NCBI GenBank assembly: GCA_044339125.1
Contig: JBIIWB010000006.1
Coordinates: forward strand, 24,428 to 88,427
Source: Rhizomicrobium sp.
GTDB taxonomy: Bacteria; Pseudomonadota; Alphaproteobacteria; Micropepsales; Micropepsaceae
Length of the DNA: 64,000 nucleotides
Direction: 5' to 3'
The notes below the pieces were generated by a model that did not search any database, was not told the origin of the DNA, and was given only the letters and a program-made list of their open reading frames with translations. The position numbers were made by a program, and so were the translations under genes. Of the stretch, positions 8,981 to 19,479 are shown piece after piece (the stretch's first letter is position 1; the number at the start of each line of letters is the position of its first letter).

Positions 8981-11839
8981 ATGTCAGACAGCCCCGCGCA
9001 AACCCCGGATTTCCGGGCGACTTTGTTCCTCCCCCAGACCGATTTCCCCATGAAGGCGGGCCTGCCCGAGGCGGAGCCCAAATGGCTGGCGCGGTGGGCC
9101 GACATGGACCTCTATGGAAAGCTGCGGGCCAAGGCCAAGGGGCGGCCCCTGTTCCTGCTGCATGACGGCCCGATCTACGCCAATGGCGACATCCATTCCG
9201 GCACCGGCCTGAACCACATCCTGAAGGATTTCGTGGTGCGCAGCCAAGGCATGCTGGGCATGGACGCGCCGTACGTTCCGGGCTGGGACTGTCACGGTCT
9301 GCCCATCGAATGGAAGGTCGAAGAGAAATTCCGCGAAAGCGGCCGCAACAAGGACGAGATTCCGAAGGACGAACTGCGCCGCGAATGCCGCAAGTTTGCC
9401 AGCCACTGGCTGGGCGTGCAGCGCGAGCAGATCAAGCGCCTGGGCCAGATCGGCGATTTCGAACGCCCTTACATGACGATGGATTTCAAGGCCGAGGCGC
9501 GTATCGCCCGCGAGGCGACGAAGTTCGTCGAGAACGGCCTGCTCTATCGCGGCTTCCGCCCGGTGATGTGGTCGCCGATCGAGAAGACCGCCCTGGCCGA
9601 TGCCGAGGTTGAGTATCACGAGAAGCAGTCGCCCACGATCTACGTCAAATTCCCGCTGGTGAAATCATCGCCGGAACTGGCGCACACCTTCATCGTCATC
9701 TGGACCACGACGCCCTGGACCATTCCGGGCAACCGCGCCATCGCCTTCTCGGAAGAGATTTCCTACGGCCTTTACGAAGTGGCCGACGCCACCGACGGCT
9801 CGCTGGCCCGCGCCAGCGAGCATCTGTTGCTGGCCGACACGCTGGCCGAGCAGGTCGCCAAGAACGCCAAGATGATGCTGTCGCGCATCCGCACGGTGCC
9901 CGCCGATGAACTGAAGACGCTGGTTGCGGCGCATCCGCTGCGCTCGCTCGGTTACAGCTTTGAAGTGCCGGTGCTGCCCGCCGCTTTCGTCACCGCCGAC
10001 ACCGGCACCGGCTTCGTGCACAACGCGCCCGGCCATGGCGAAGACGATTTCGAGCTGCTGGTCAGCCGCGACCGCGAATACCCCAACAAGAATCCCGACG
10101 CCTTCAACATGGTGCTGGCCGACGGTTCCTATGCGCCGCATGTGCCGCACTTCGCGGGCAAGCGCATCCTGACGCCGGAAGGCAAGGACGGCGACGCCAA
10201 TAGCGCGGTGATCAAGGAGCTGATCGCCCATGGCAAGCTGCTGGCCAAGGGCACGCTGCGCCATTCCTATCCGCACAGCTGGCGCTCCAAGGCGCCGGTG
10301 ATCTTCCGCGCCACGCCGCAATGGTTCGTCGCCATCGACGAGTCGTTTATGAACGGCAAGACGCTGCGCGAACTGGCGGTGGAGGCCATCGCCAAGACCG
10401 ACTGGTATCCGCCGCGCGGGCAGAACCGCATCGGCGCCATGGTGGAAAGCCGCCCCGACTGGGTGCTGTCGCGCCAGCGCGCCTGGGGCGTGCCTCTGGC
10501 CATCTTCGTCGACAAGGCGAGCGGCCTGGTGCTGAACGACAAGGCCGTGTTCGACCGCATCGAAAAGGCGTTTGAGGCCGAAGGCGCTGATGCCTGGTTC
10601 ACCTCGCCGCCGTCGCGCTTCCTGGGCGCGGATCGCAACCCCGAGGATTTCGAGCAGGTCACCGACATTCTCGATGTCTGGTTCGATTCCGGTTCGACCC
10701 ACACCTTCGTGTTCGAAAATCCGATCAACGATGCCTGGCCGCAGGCCGAGCAGGCCGACCTCTATCTGGAAGGTTCCGACCAGCATCGCGGCTGGTTCCA
10801 GTCCTCGCTGCTGGAAAGCGTCGGCACAAGAGGCCGCGCGCCGTACAAGGGCGTGCTGACGCACGGCTTCGTCCTCGACAAGGAAGGGCGCAAGATGTCC
10901 AAGTCGCTGGGCAACACCCTGGCGCCGCAGGTCATCGCCGAGAAAAATGGCGCCGAGATCCTGCGCCTGTGGGCCGCGTCATCCGATTTCACCGAAGATC
11001 TTCGTATTGGTGATGACATCATCAAGGCGAACGTCGAATCCTATCGCCGCCTGCGCAACACGATCCGCTTCATGCTGGCCAACCTGTCAGGCTTCGACGA
11101 GAAGGAGCGCATCGACCGCGTGGCGATGCCGGAGCTGGAACGCTTCATGCTGGCGCGTCTGGCCGAGCTGGACGAACAGGTTCGCGCCGCCTATCGCGGC
11201 TTCGACTTCAACCTCGTTACCACGACGCTGTTCAATTTCTGCACCAACGATCTGTCGGCCTTCTATTTCGACATCCGCAAGGACGCGCTCTATTGCGACC
11301 GTGCCGACAGCATCCGCCGCCGCAGCGTCCGTACCGTCAGCGACGAAATCTTCCGCCGCATCGTCACCTGGTTCGCGCCCATTCTCTGCTTCACCATGGA
11401 AGAGGCGTGGACCACGCGCTTCCGCGACCAGAGCGTGCATCTGCAGGATTTCTTCGCCGTGGGCGACGACTGGGCCGATGCCGACCTGCTCACCAAGTGG
11501 AAGCGGCTGCGCGAATTGCGCCGGGCCGTCACCGGCGCGCTGGAACTCAAGCGCGAAGCCAAGGAGATCGGCTCCAGCCTGGAAGCCGCCGCCACCTTGC
11601 AGCTGTCCGACGCCAGCGACCTCGCCATGTTCGACACGGTGGATCTGACCGAGATCGCCATCACCTCCACCGCCAATGTCGTGGCGCTGGCGCAGAAGGA
11701 CGCGCCGCCCGGCTATGCCATGGTGGAGATCACCCGCGCCGAAGGCGAGAAGTGCGACCGTTGCTGGCGGGTGCTGCCGGAGGTTGCAATCTCGCCCAAG
11801 CATATCTGCAACCGCTGCACCCAGGCGATTGTAGGCTGA
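8981..11839 (+). CDS. ileS: isoleucine--tRNA ligase
   Basis: The class I HIGH-type motif is present as PIYANGDIHSGT, together with KMSKS and a C-terminal CDRCW...CNRC zinc knuckle. Start set at ATG 8981 (MSDSPAQTPDFRATLFLPQTDFPMKAG). Confidence 0.97.
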   Translation: MSDSPAQTPDFRATLFLPQTDFPMKAGLPEAEPKWLARWADMDLYGKLRAKAKGRPLFLLHDGPIYANGDIHSGTGLNHILKDFVVRSQGMLGMDAPYVPGWDCHGLPIEWKVEEKFRESGRNKDEIPKDELRRECRKFASHWLGVQREQIKRLGQIGDFERPYMTMDFKAEARIAREATKFVENGLLYRGFRPVMWSPIEKTALADAEVEYHEKQSPTIYVKFPLVKSSPELAHTFIVIWTTTPWTIPGNRAIAFSEEISYGLYEVADATDGSLARASEHLLLADTLAEQVAKNAKMMLSRIRTVPADELKTLVAAHPLRSLGYSFEVPVLPAAFVTADTGTGFVHNAPGHGEDDFELLVSRDREYPNKNPDAFNMVLADGSYAPHVPHFAGKRILTPEGKDGDANSAVIKELIAHGKLLAKGTLRHSYPHSWRSKAPVIFRATPQWFVAIDESFMNGKTLRELAVEAIAKTDWYPPRGQNRIGAMVESRPDWVLSRQRAWGVPLAIFVDKASGLVLNDKAVFDRIEKAFEAEGADAWFTSPPSRFLGADRNPEDFEQVTDILDVWFDSGSTHTFVFENPINDAWPQAEQADLYLEGSDQHRGWFQSSLLESVGTRGRAPYKGVLTHGFVLDKEGRKMSKSLGNTLAPQVIAEKNGAEILRLWAASSDFTEDLRIGDDIIKANVESYRRLRNTIRFMLANLSGFDEKERIDRVAMPELERFMLARLAELDEQVRAAYRGFDFNLVTTTLFNFCTNDLSAFYFDIRKDALYCDRADSIRRRSVRTVSDEIFRRIVTWFAPILCFTMEEAWTTRFRDQSVHLQDFFAVGDDWADADLLTKWKRLRELRRAVTGALELKREAKEIGSSLEAAATLQLSDASDLAMFDTVDLTEIAITSTANVVALAQKDAPPGYAMVEITRAEGEKCDRCWRVLPEVAISPKHICNRCTQAIVG

Positions 11840-11843
11840 AACC

Positions 11844-12368
11844 GTGAGCGAAGCCGTTCTCATCGAATCGGGTCACCGCCGCCTGCGCCGGATCGGCCTT
11901 GCCATGGCGGTGCTGGCCTTCGTGGCGGACCAGGGCCACAAGCTGGCCATGCTTTACGGCTTCGGATTTGCGCAGATGGCCCCGGGCGAGGCAGTGCCGG
12001 TGACCTCGTTTTTCAACCTGGTGATGGTCTGGAACCCTGGCATTTCCTACGGTTTGTTCCCCGCCACCAGCCCCTGGGGAACCGCGCTGCAGGTCAGCCT
12101 GACCTTGGGCATGATCGCTTTCCTAGCCTGGTGGCTGTGGAAATCCAGCTCTCTGGCGGTGTCGGTGGGCTGCGGCCTGGTGGTCGGCGGGGGGCTGGGG
12201 AACCTGCTGGACCGGGTGGTGTATGGCCGGGTGGCCGATTTTTTCCACTTTCACGGCTTCGGCTACAACTGGTATGTTTTCAATATTGCGGATGTGGCCG
12301 TGACGCTCGGCGCCATCGCTTTCATCTATGATGTGCTGAAGCCGTCGGAGAGTAGCAACGATGCGTAG
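11844..12368 (+). CDS. lspA: lipoprotein signal peptidase II
   Basis: 174 aa multi-TM protein with VVGGGLGNLLDRVVYGRVADFF and FNIADVA motifs, in the conserved ileS-lspA order. GTG start as given in the track. Confidence 0.9.
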   Translation: MSEAVLIESGHRRLRRIGLAMAVLAFVADQGHKLAMLYGFGFAQMAPGEAVPVTSFFNLVMVWNPGISYGLFPATSPWGTALQVSLTLGMIAFLAWWLWKSSSLAVSVGCGLVVGGGLGNLLDRVVYGRVADFFHFHGFGYNWYVFNIADVAVTLGAIAFIYDVLKPSESSNDA

Positions 12369-12894
12369 TTCGACCTTGGCCGGAACCGGCGTGATCCTTG
12401 CCGTCGCGGTGACGCTGACCGGCTGCCAGAGCCTGCGCGAATCCGCCGGCCTCACCAAGGCTTCGCCGGACGAGTTCGCCGTCACCACCAAAGCGCCGCT
12501 GGTGATCCCGCCGGGCTTCAACCTGATGCCGCCCACCCCCGGCGCCGCGCCCACCAACATTCCGGATGCCAGTACCGCCGCCAACACCGCCCTGTTCGGC
12601 GGCGACAACGCCACCGTCGCGGCCAACCTGACGGGCAATTATTCCGCCGGCGAGCGCATGCTGCTGGCGTCTGTCGGCGTCAACCGCGCCGATCCCGGCA
12701 TTCGCCAGCGTCTGCAATCCGATCGCGGCGCGATGCAGGGCGCGGAGGCCAGCTTCACGGCGCGCCTGCTGGGCACGCCCGCCACGCCCGGCAGCGGGAC
12801 GATCAACGCCGATGCGGAGTTCGAGCGCCGCCGTGGCGTGACGCCGCCGCCCGCCCCCCGTGCATCGAGCGGCGGCTGGTTTGACTGGTTCTAG
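12361..12894 (+). CDS. DUF3035-type lipoprotein (possibly BamF-like)
   Basis: Lipobox LTGC. SPDEFAVTTKAPLVIPPGFNLMPP is the motif I associate with DUF3035, and the gene sits in the usual position after lspA. The BamF link is from memory only. Confidence 0.7.
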   Translation: MRSSTLAGTGVILAVAVTLTGCQSLRESAGLTKASPDEFAVTTKAPLVIPPGFNLMPPTPGAAPTNIPDASTAANTALFGGDNATVAANLTGNYSAGERMLLASVGVNRADPGIRQRLQSDRGAMQGAEASFTARLLGTPATPGSGTINADAEFERRRGVTPPPAPRASSGGWFDWF

Positions 12895-14245
12895 AGCCAA
12901 GCATTTCCTGATCTCGGCCTCATTGGCCGTTGCGCTGTTTCTTCCGGCGGCGGCGCAGTCACCGGCGCGCGACGTGCGGGGCGGTCAGACCTTCCAGTTC
13001 TCTCTCGCCAATGGCTTGCAGGTGCTGGTGATCCCCGATCACCGCGCCCCCGTCGCCACCCAGATGCTGTGGTTCAAGGTCGGCGCGGTCGATGATCCTG
13101 CCGGCATTTCCGGCATGGCGCATTTCTTCGAACACATGATGTTCCGCGGCACCAGGAAGGTGCCGGGCGAAGGCTTCACCCAGGCCATCGCCCGCAATGG
13201 CGGCAAGAGCAACGCCTTCACCTTCTACGACTACACCGCCTATTACGAGCAGATCGCCAAGGACCGGCTGCCGCTGGCGATGCAGCTGGAGGCCGACCGC
13301 CTCGCCAATCTCGATCTCTCCGATGCCAATGTCGCCACCGAGCGCGAGATCGTGATGGAAGAGCGCCGCATGCGCACCGAGAACGATCCGCAGAGCCTGA
13401 TGGGCGAGCAGATGAACGCGGCGCTGCACCTCTCGCATCCCTATGGCCGCCCCGTGGTGGGCTGGATGGAAGAGCTGCGCCATATCGACCGCGCCAGCGC
13501 CACCGATTTCTACCGCAAGCATTACGCGCCCAACAACGCCATCCTGGTGGTGGCGGGCGACGTTACCGCCGAGGAAGTGCGCGTCATGGCACAGCGCGAA
13601 TATGGCGCGCTGGCCGCCCGCCCGCTGGTGCAGCGTTCCGAGAGCGCCCATCCGCCGCGTCTGGCGGAATCGCGGCTGCGCGTGACGCGCAACGACGCCA
13701 AGGTGCCGGTCTTGAGCCGTACCTATCGCGTGCCGTCCTATGCCACGGCCCAGCCGGGCCGCGCCGAAGCGCTGGAAACGATGGCGCAAGTGCTGGGCGG
13801 CGACCAGACGGCGCTGCTCTATCGCGTGCTGGTGGAGCAGCGGAAGCTGGCGACGGAAGCGAGCGCTTCCTATGACGGCTATCGCCGCGACAATGGCGAG
13901 TTCAGCGTCTATGCCATTCCGCGTCCCGGCGTGACGCTGGAGAATCTGGAACGGGCGATGGACGAAGTGCTGGCCACCGCCGCCCGCACCGCCCCGAACA
14001 CGCCCGACCTGGACCGCGCCAAGACCCAGCTGATCGCCGCTGTTACTTTCCGCCGCGACAGCCAGTACCAGATGGCGAGCGCCTATGGTCAGGCGCTGAC
14101 CATAGGCCTGACGGTGGAAGATGTGAACGCCTGGCCGCAGCGCATCCGCGCCGTCAGCGCCAATTCCGTGCGCAGCGCCGCAGCCGGTCTGAACCGCCGC
14201 GAATCCGTGACGGGCTATCTCCTGCCGGGCGGAGGCGACAAATGA
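12860..14245 (+). CDS. M16 family zinc peptidase (active-site subunit)
   Basis: HxxEH zinc motif present (HFFEHMMFRGT). Signal peptide present. An alternative TTG start at 12881 gives a cleaner signal peptide. Confidence 0.9.
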   Translation: MHRAAAGLTGSRAKHFLISASLAVALFLPAAAQSPARDVRGGQTFQFSLANGLQVLVIPDHRAPVATQMLWFKVGAVDDPAGISGMAHFFEHMMFRGTRKVPGEGFTQAIARNGGKSNAFTFYDYTAYYEQIAKDRLPLAMQLEADRLANLDLSDANVATEREIVMEERRMRTENDPQSLMGEQMNAALHLSHPYGRPVVGWMEELRHIDRASATDFYRKHYAPNNAILVVAGDVTAEEVRVMAQREYGALAARPLVQRSESAHPPRLAESRLRVTRNDAKVPVLSRTYRVPSYATAQPGRAEALETMAQVLGGDQTALLYRVLVEQRKLATEASASYDGYRRDNGEFSVYAIPRPGVTLENLERAMDEVLATAARTAPNTPDLDRAKTQLIAAVTFRRDSQYQMASAYGQALTIGLTVEDVNAWPQRIRAVSANSVRSAAAGLNRRESVTGYLLPGGGDK

Positions 14246-15657
14246 TGCTGAAACGCTTCGCGCGCACCGCCCTGCTGCTGGTGGCCACAGTCGCCGCCGC
14301 CAACGCCGCCGATGTGCGCAACATCGATCTCGGCCCTCAGGCGCAGGTCTGGTTCGTCGAGGATCACACCGTTCCCATCGTCTCGTTCAACATCTCGCTG
14401 CCGTCCGGATCGGCGCACGACCCGCGCGGCAAGCCGGGCCTGGCCGCGATCACCGCCGCGATGATGGACGAAGGCGCGGGCAATCTGAACGCCGCTGCCT
14501 TCCACCAGGCGCTGGCGGCCAAGGCGATCCAGTTCTCCGCCCGCGCCGAGCGCGACTTCACCGTGATCAGCGTCAGCAGCCTGGCCGCCGATGCAGGCGA
14601 GGCGATGCGCCTGCTGCAACTGGCGCTGACGCGGCCGCGCTTCGACAATGAGCCGCTGGCGCGGGTGCGCGCCTCCATCATCCAGTCGCTGCAGCAGGAT
14701 GCGGCCGAACCGTCTTCCGTCGCCTCGCGCGCCTTCATGCGCGACTTCTTCAACGGGCATCCGTATGGCCATGCCAGCAATGGTGACGTCGCCAGCATCA
14801 ATTCGGTCACGCAGGGCGATGTGCGCGGTTTCGCCAAGGGCCATTGGGTCAAGAACGGCATCAAGATCGCCGTGGCGGGCGATATCACCCAGGCTGCGCT
14901 GACGCGGCTCTTGGGCCAGACATTCGCGCCGCTGCCGGGCATCACCGTTCCGCCGCCGCGAGATGTCGGGCGGCTGGGCCGCCCCGGCGTGCATGTGGTG
15001 CCGATGGATGTGCCGCAGCCCACGGCGGTGTTCGGCCTGCCGGGTATCATGCGCGGCGATCCGGATTTCATTCCCGGCTATGTCGCCAACTACATTCTGG
15101 GCGGCGGCGGTTTCTCGTCGCGCCTGATGGATGAGGTCCGCACCAAGCGCGGCCTCACCTATGGCGTTTCCACCGGCCTGCAAAATTACCGTAAGGCCAG
15201 TGTGATGATCGGGCAGGTGGGCACGCGCGCCAACGCCATCAACCAGACTCTTCAGGTGGTGCGCCAGACCATGGCCGATTTCGCCAGCCGCGGCCCCACC
15301 CAGGCAGAGCTGGACGATGCCAAAACCTATCTGACCGGCTCCTTCCCGCTGGCCTTCGCCTCCAACACCGGCATCGCCGCGCAGCTGGGCACCTTCCAGC
15401 GCCAGGGGTTGGATGTGGGTTATGTCGTGCGCCGCAACGCACTCATCCAGGCCGTGACCATCGATGATGTGCGCCGCGTCGCCCGCCGCCTGTTCGATCC
15501 GGCGCGGTTGACCGTGATCGTGGCGGGCAGCCCGTCCGGAGGCACCGCCGCCCAACGCCCCCGCCCGCCGGTGGTGACGCCGCCGCCCGCCGCCCAGGCC
15601 CCCGCGAAGCCGGTGGATAAGCCGGACACGACAAAGCCCCCGGCACCAACGCGGTAA
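14242..15657 (+). CDS. M16 family peptidase, non-catalytic partner
   Basis: ATGA-coupled to the previous gene. M16-like sequence without the HxxEH motif, with a signal peptide and a Pro-rich C-terminal tail. Confidence 0.85.
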   Translation: MMLKRFARTALLLVATVAAANAADVRNIDLGPQAQVWFVEDHTVPIVSFNISLPSGSAHDPRGKPGLAAITAAMMDEGAGNLNAAAFHQALAAKAIQFSARAERDFTVISVSSLAADAGEAMRLLQLALTRPRFDNEPLARVRASIIQSLQQDAAEPSSVASRAFMRDFFNGHPYGHASNGDVASINSVTQGDVRGFAKGHWVKNGIKIAVAGDITQAALTRLLGQTFAPLPGITVPPPRDVGRLGRPGVHVVPMDVPQPTAVFGLPGIMRGDPDFIPGYVANYILGGGGFSSRLMDEVRTKRGLTYGVSTGLQNYRKASVMIGQVGTRANAINQTLQVVRQTMADFASRGPTQAELDDAKTYLTGSFPLAFASNTGIAAQLGTFQRQGLDVGYVVRRNALIQAVTIDDVRRVARRLFDPARLTVIVAGSPSGGTAAQRPRPPVVTPPPAAQAPAKPVDKPDTTKPPAPTR

Positions 15658-15692
15658 TAATCGCCGTCGCGTCCCGTTAGACTGGGCGCTTC

Positions 15693-17456
15693 ATGAGCCG
15701 AATCCGCAGACTCTCCGAAGGCACCGTCAACCGCATCGCCGCTGGCGAAGTGGTCGAGCGTCCTGCTGCCGCCATCAAGGAACTGGTGGAGAATGCTATG
15801 GATGCGGGCGCCACCCGCATTGCCATCGCCACCAGCAATGGCGGCGCCGATCTGCTGCTGGTCGAGGATGACGGCATCGGCATGAACGCCGACGAACTGG
15901 CGCTGGCGGTGCTGCGCCACGCCACTTCCAAGCTGCCGGTCTTGGGCGGCGAAGATGATCTTTCGCACATCGTCACCATGGGCTTTCGCGGCGAGGCGTT
16001 GCCATCGATTGGCGCGGTGGCGCGGCTTGCCATCGCCAGCCGCACCGCCACGGGCGAGGCGGCGGAGATCCGCGTCGAAGGCGGCGCGGTACAAGGCCCG
16101 TCGCCCGCCGGATTTCTGGGGCGCGGCCAGCATGGTACCCGCGCTGAAGTGCGGGAGCTGTTCTACGCCACACCGGCGCGGCTGAAATTCCTCAAGTCGG
16201 CGCGCTCCGAGGACCTTGCCATCACCGACATGGTCAAGCGCCTGGCGATGGCGCGGCCGCAGATCGGCTTCACCCTGACCATGGATGGGCGCGCCTCCCT
16301 CGATCTGCCGCCCGCCGACCGCCTGGACCGTCTGGCCAAGATTATGGGCCGCGAGTTCGGCGACAATGCCGTGAAGATCGATGCGATGCGCGAAGGCGTG
16401 ACGCTGACCGGCTATGCCGGACTGCCCACCTACAACCGCGCCAACGCGGCCATGCAGTTCCTCTTCGTCAATGGGCGGCCCGTGCGCGACAAGCTGCTGG
16501 TGGGTGCGGTGCGCGGCGCCTATGCCGATTTCCTGGCGCGCGACCGCCACCCCGCGCTGGCGCTATTCGTGGAATGCGATCCGGCTTTCGTCGATGTGAA
16601 TGTGCATCCCGCCAAGACGGAGGTGCGCTTCCGCGATGCCGGGCTGGTGCGCGGGCTTATTGTCGGCGCCCTGAAACAAGCCCTGAGTGAAGCGGGGCAC
16701 CGCGCTTCCAACACAGTCGCGGGCGCCGCGTTGGCTGCGTTTTCGCGCGAACCGTCGCCATTCCAATCGCCCAACATCTTCTCCGCTGTCGGCGTGCGCG
16801 AAGCCGCGCCGTCCTACAATGCGGTGCCGCTGTCGGTGCGGATGGAAGAGGCGACCGCCATCGAGCCATCGGCGGCGCAACCGCTGGGCGTTGCCCGGGC
16901 GCAGTTGCACGAAACCTATGTCGTGGCCCAGACCGCCGATGGCATCGTCATCGTCGATCAGCATGCCGCGCATGAGCGGCTGGTCTATGAGCGGATGAAG
17001 GCGGCGCTGGCCCAGGGCGGCATTGCGCGCCAGCCCTTGCTGATCCCCGAAGTGGTAGACCTCGATCCCGCCGAAGTGACGCGCGTGGCCTCGCGCGCCG
17101 CCGAACTGGCCGAACTCGGTTTGGTGATCGAAGCCTTCGGTCCCGATGCCGTGGTGGTGCGCGAAGTCCCCGCCATGCTGGGCAAGCTGGATGTGAAGGG
17201 GCTGGTGCGCGACCTGGCCGATGAGATCGCCGAAACCGGCAATGCGCTCGCCCTGAAGGAAAAGCTGGAAGAGGTGGCGGGCACGCTGGCCTGCCACATG
17301 AGCGTGCGTGCGGGCCGCCGCCTCAACGCCGAGGAGATGAACCAGCTGCTGCGCGAGATGGAAGCGACGCCGCACAGCGGCCAGTGCAACCATGGCCGAC
17401 CGACCTATGTCGAACTGAAGCTGTCGGATATCGAGAAGCTATTCGGCAGGCGATAG
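15693..17456 (+). CDS. mutL: DNA mismatch repair protein MutL
   Basis: The N-terminus [38 protein letters not shown] is the GHKL ATPase region. The C-terminus carries HGRPT. Confidence 0.95.
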   Translation: MSRIRRLSEGTVNRIAAGEVVERPAAAIKELVENAMDAGATRIAIATSNGGADLLLVEDDGIGMNADELALAVLRHATSKLPVLGGEDDLSHIVTMGFRGEALPSIGAVARLAIASRTATGEAAEIRVEGGAVQGPSPAGFLGRGQHGTRAEVRELFYATPARLKFLKSARSEDLAITDMVKRLAMARPQIGFTLTMDGRASLDLPPADRLDRLAKIMGREFGDNAVKIDAMREGVTLTGYAGLPTYNRANAAMQFLFVNGRPVRDKLLVGAVRGAYADFLARDRHPALALFVECDPAFVDVNVHPAKTEVRFRDAGLVRGLIVGALKQALSEAGHRASNTVAGAALAAFSREPSPFQSPNIFSAVGVREAAPSYNAVPLSVRMEEATAIEPSAAQPLGVARAQLHETYVVAQTADGIVIVDQHAAHERLVYERMKAALAQGGIARQPLLIPEVVDLDPAEVTRVASRAAELAELGLVIEAFGPDAVVVREVPAMLGKLDVKGLVRDLADEIAETGNALALKEKLEEVAGTLACHMSVRAGRRLNAEEMNQLLREMEATPHSGQCNHGRPTYVELKLSDIEKLFGRR

Positions 17457-18008
17457 CAGTCGCACTGACGTTTCGCCATAGGCGCGCGTGTCGAGCAACG
17501 CATATCCGGCGTGATCCAGCGTCTCGTCCGCCGCCGTTTCCACCACCACGATCGCGCCCGGCGCCAGCCAGCCGCCCGCCCTGAGCGAAGCGAGGCACTT
17601 GTCCGCCAACCCCTTGCGATAGGGCGGATCGAGAAAGGCCAGGTTGAACGGCCCGCCGCTGCCGCTGCCCAGCGGTCCCAGGTCTGCGGCATCGCGACGC
17701 CATATCTTGCTGACGCCGGTCAGTTTCAGCGCCTCGACATTCTCCCGCACCAGGGCGCGGCTTTCCGCGTCATCATCGACGAACAGGCAGAACTTCGCGC
17801 CGCGCGACAGCGCTTCGATCCCCAGCGCGCCGGTGCCGCAAAAGAGATCGATTGCGGCGGCGTTTTCCAGCGTGAAATCGCCCAGATCGCGATGGGCCAG
17901 GATGTTGAACAGCGCCTGGCGCACCTTGTCAGAGGTCGGACGCACGCGGGCGTCGGACGGCGCAACCAGCGCGCGTCCACCGAACTTTCCACCTGCAACC
18001 CGCATCAT
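17439..18008 (-). CDS. rsmD: 16S rRNA (guanine966-N2)-methyltransferase RsmD
   Basis: 189 aa. Contains [31 protein letters not shown] and the DPPY motif. Confidence 0.9.
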   Translation of the reverse strand: MMRVAGGKFGGRALVAPSDARVRPTSDKVRQALFNILAHRDLGDFTLENAAAIDLFCGTGALGIEALSRGAKFCLFVDDDAESRALVRENVEALKLTGVSKIWRRDAADLGPLGSGSGGPFNLAFLDPPYRKGLADKCLASLRAGGWLAPGAIVVVETAADETLDHAGYALLDTRAYGETSVRLLSPAE

Positions 18009-18116
18009 GCCTCGCTGCGCCGCATGATTGACCGTGCAGCACCCCCTAGCTAACGTGCCAAACGCTTCAAAACAATAAGTTCAAAGCAGAACAACGGTCC
18101 GGGGAGAAGACAGCAT

Positions 18117-19412
18117 ATGGCCAACCGGTCACGCATTCGCGTCCATCTGACCTTCTTCGTCTTCATCCTGGCGGCGATCAGCTATCTCGACCGCACCAAC
18201 ATCTCCATCGCGGGCCTGCAGCTGATGCCGGAGTTTGGCATCTCCAACCAGGAGCTGGGCTATATCCTCAGCGCCTTCCTCGCCGGTTACGGCCTGTTTC
18301 AGATTCCGGCGGGCTGGCTCGCCAAGACCTATGGCCCGCGCAAGGTGCTGACCTGGGGCCTGGTGTGGTGGGGCATTCTCACCGCCGCGATGACGCTGAT
18401 CGTGCCGGAGATGACCAACGCCTTCATGCTGCTGCTGGTCGTGCGCTTCCTGCTGGGCGTGGGCGAGGCCGTGATCTATCCCGGCTCCAACCAGTTCACC
18501 GCCACCTGGATTCCCACCGAGGAACGCGGCAAGGCCAATGGCCTGATTTTCGCCGGCACTGGCACCGGCGGCGCGGTGACCGCGCCCTTCGTCACTTGGC
18601 TGATGGTGGCCTATGGCTGGCGCGAAGCCTTTCTCGTCTGCGCCGTTATCGGTCTGGCGGCGGCGATAGGCTGGTACATCTATGCCCGCGACACGCCCGA
18701 AGAGCATAAGGGCGTCGATGCCCGGGAACTGGCGCACATCAAGGCCGGTCTGACCGGCGTGAAACGGAACGCTTCCAGCGTCGCCGTGCCGTGGGGCCGC
18801 ATCTTCGGCAGCAAGGATGTCTTGCTGCTGAACTTCTCCTATTTCTGCTTCTGCTGGATCGCCTTCATCTTCATCTCCTGGTTCTTCATCTATCTGGCGC
18901 AGGCGCGCGGGCTGAATCTGCGCTCCAGCGCCATCCTGTCGATGCTGCCCTTCGCCATGATGGTGGTGGGCTCGATCTCCGGCGGCGCCATCGCGGACTC
19001 GCTGACCAAGACCCGTGGCAGCCGCGTCGGCCGCTGCCTATTCTCGGTGCTGGCGCTGCTGCTGGCGGGCGCGTTCCTGATCATCGGTTCGCAGGCTCCC
19101 GGTGCGGTCCTGGCGACGGTGCTGCTGGCGCTGGGCGCGGGCACGCTCTATTTCGCGCAGAGCGCCTATTGGGCGCTGGCCGCCGATTTCGGCGGGCCGC
19201 ATGCGGGCGTGGTTTCCGGCTTCATGAACACGGTCGGCATGCTGGGGGCGTTTCTCACCTCCAGCGCCACGCCGTGGCTGCAGAACCATTATGGCTGGAC
19301 CTCGGTCTTCTTCGTCGGCGCGGGCGTCGCCGTCGCGGGCGCGCTGGCCTGGCTGGTGATCGATCCGGGCAACCGGGTCCATCACGAGGAAGACGAGCAG
19401 GTTATCGCGTAA
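18117..19412 (+). CDS. MFS transporter (anion:cation symporter-like)
   Basis: 431 aa, 12 TM-like segments. The YLDRTNISIAG and GWLAKTYGPRKV motifs are typical of ACS-type MFS carriers. Confidence 0.9.
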   Translation: MANRSRIRVHLTFFVFILAAISYLDRTNISIAGLQLMPEFGISNQELGYILSAFLAGYGLFQIPAGWLAKTYGPRKVLTWGLVWWGILTAAMTLIVPEMTNAFMLLLVVRFLLGVGEAVIYPGSNQFTATWIPTEERGKANGLIFAGTGTGGAVTAPFVTWLMVAYGWREAFLVCAVIGLAAAIGWYIYARDTPEEHKGVDARELAHIKAGLTGVKRNASSVAVPWGRIFGSKDVLLLNFSYFCFCWIAFIFISWFFIYLAQARGLNLRSSAILSMLPFAMMVVGSISGGAIADSLTKTRGSRVGRCLFSVLALLLAGAFLIIGSQAPGAVLATVLLALGAGTLYFAQSAYWALAADFGGPHAGVVSGFMNTVGMLGAFLTSSATPWLQNHYGWTSVFFVGAGVAVAGALAWLVIDPGNRVHHEEDEQVIA

Positions 19413-19479
19413 GGCCGGGCGTTATGCCCGGTTTTCCGCGCCTCCTGACTTTGCCGCCTTTCTGGGCTAAGAGCGGGGC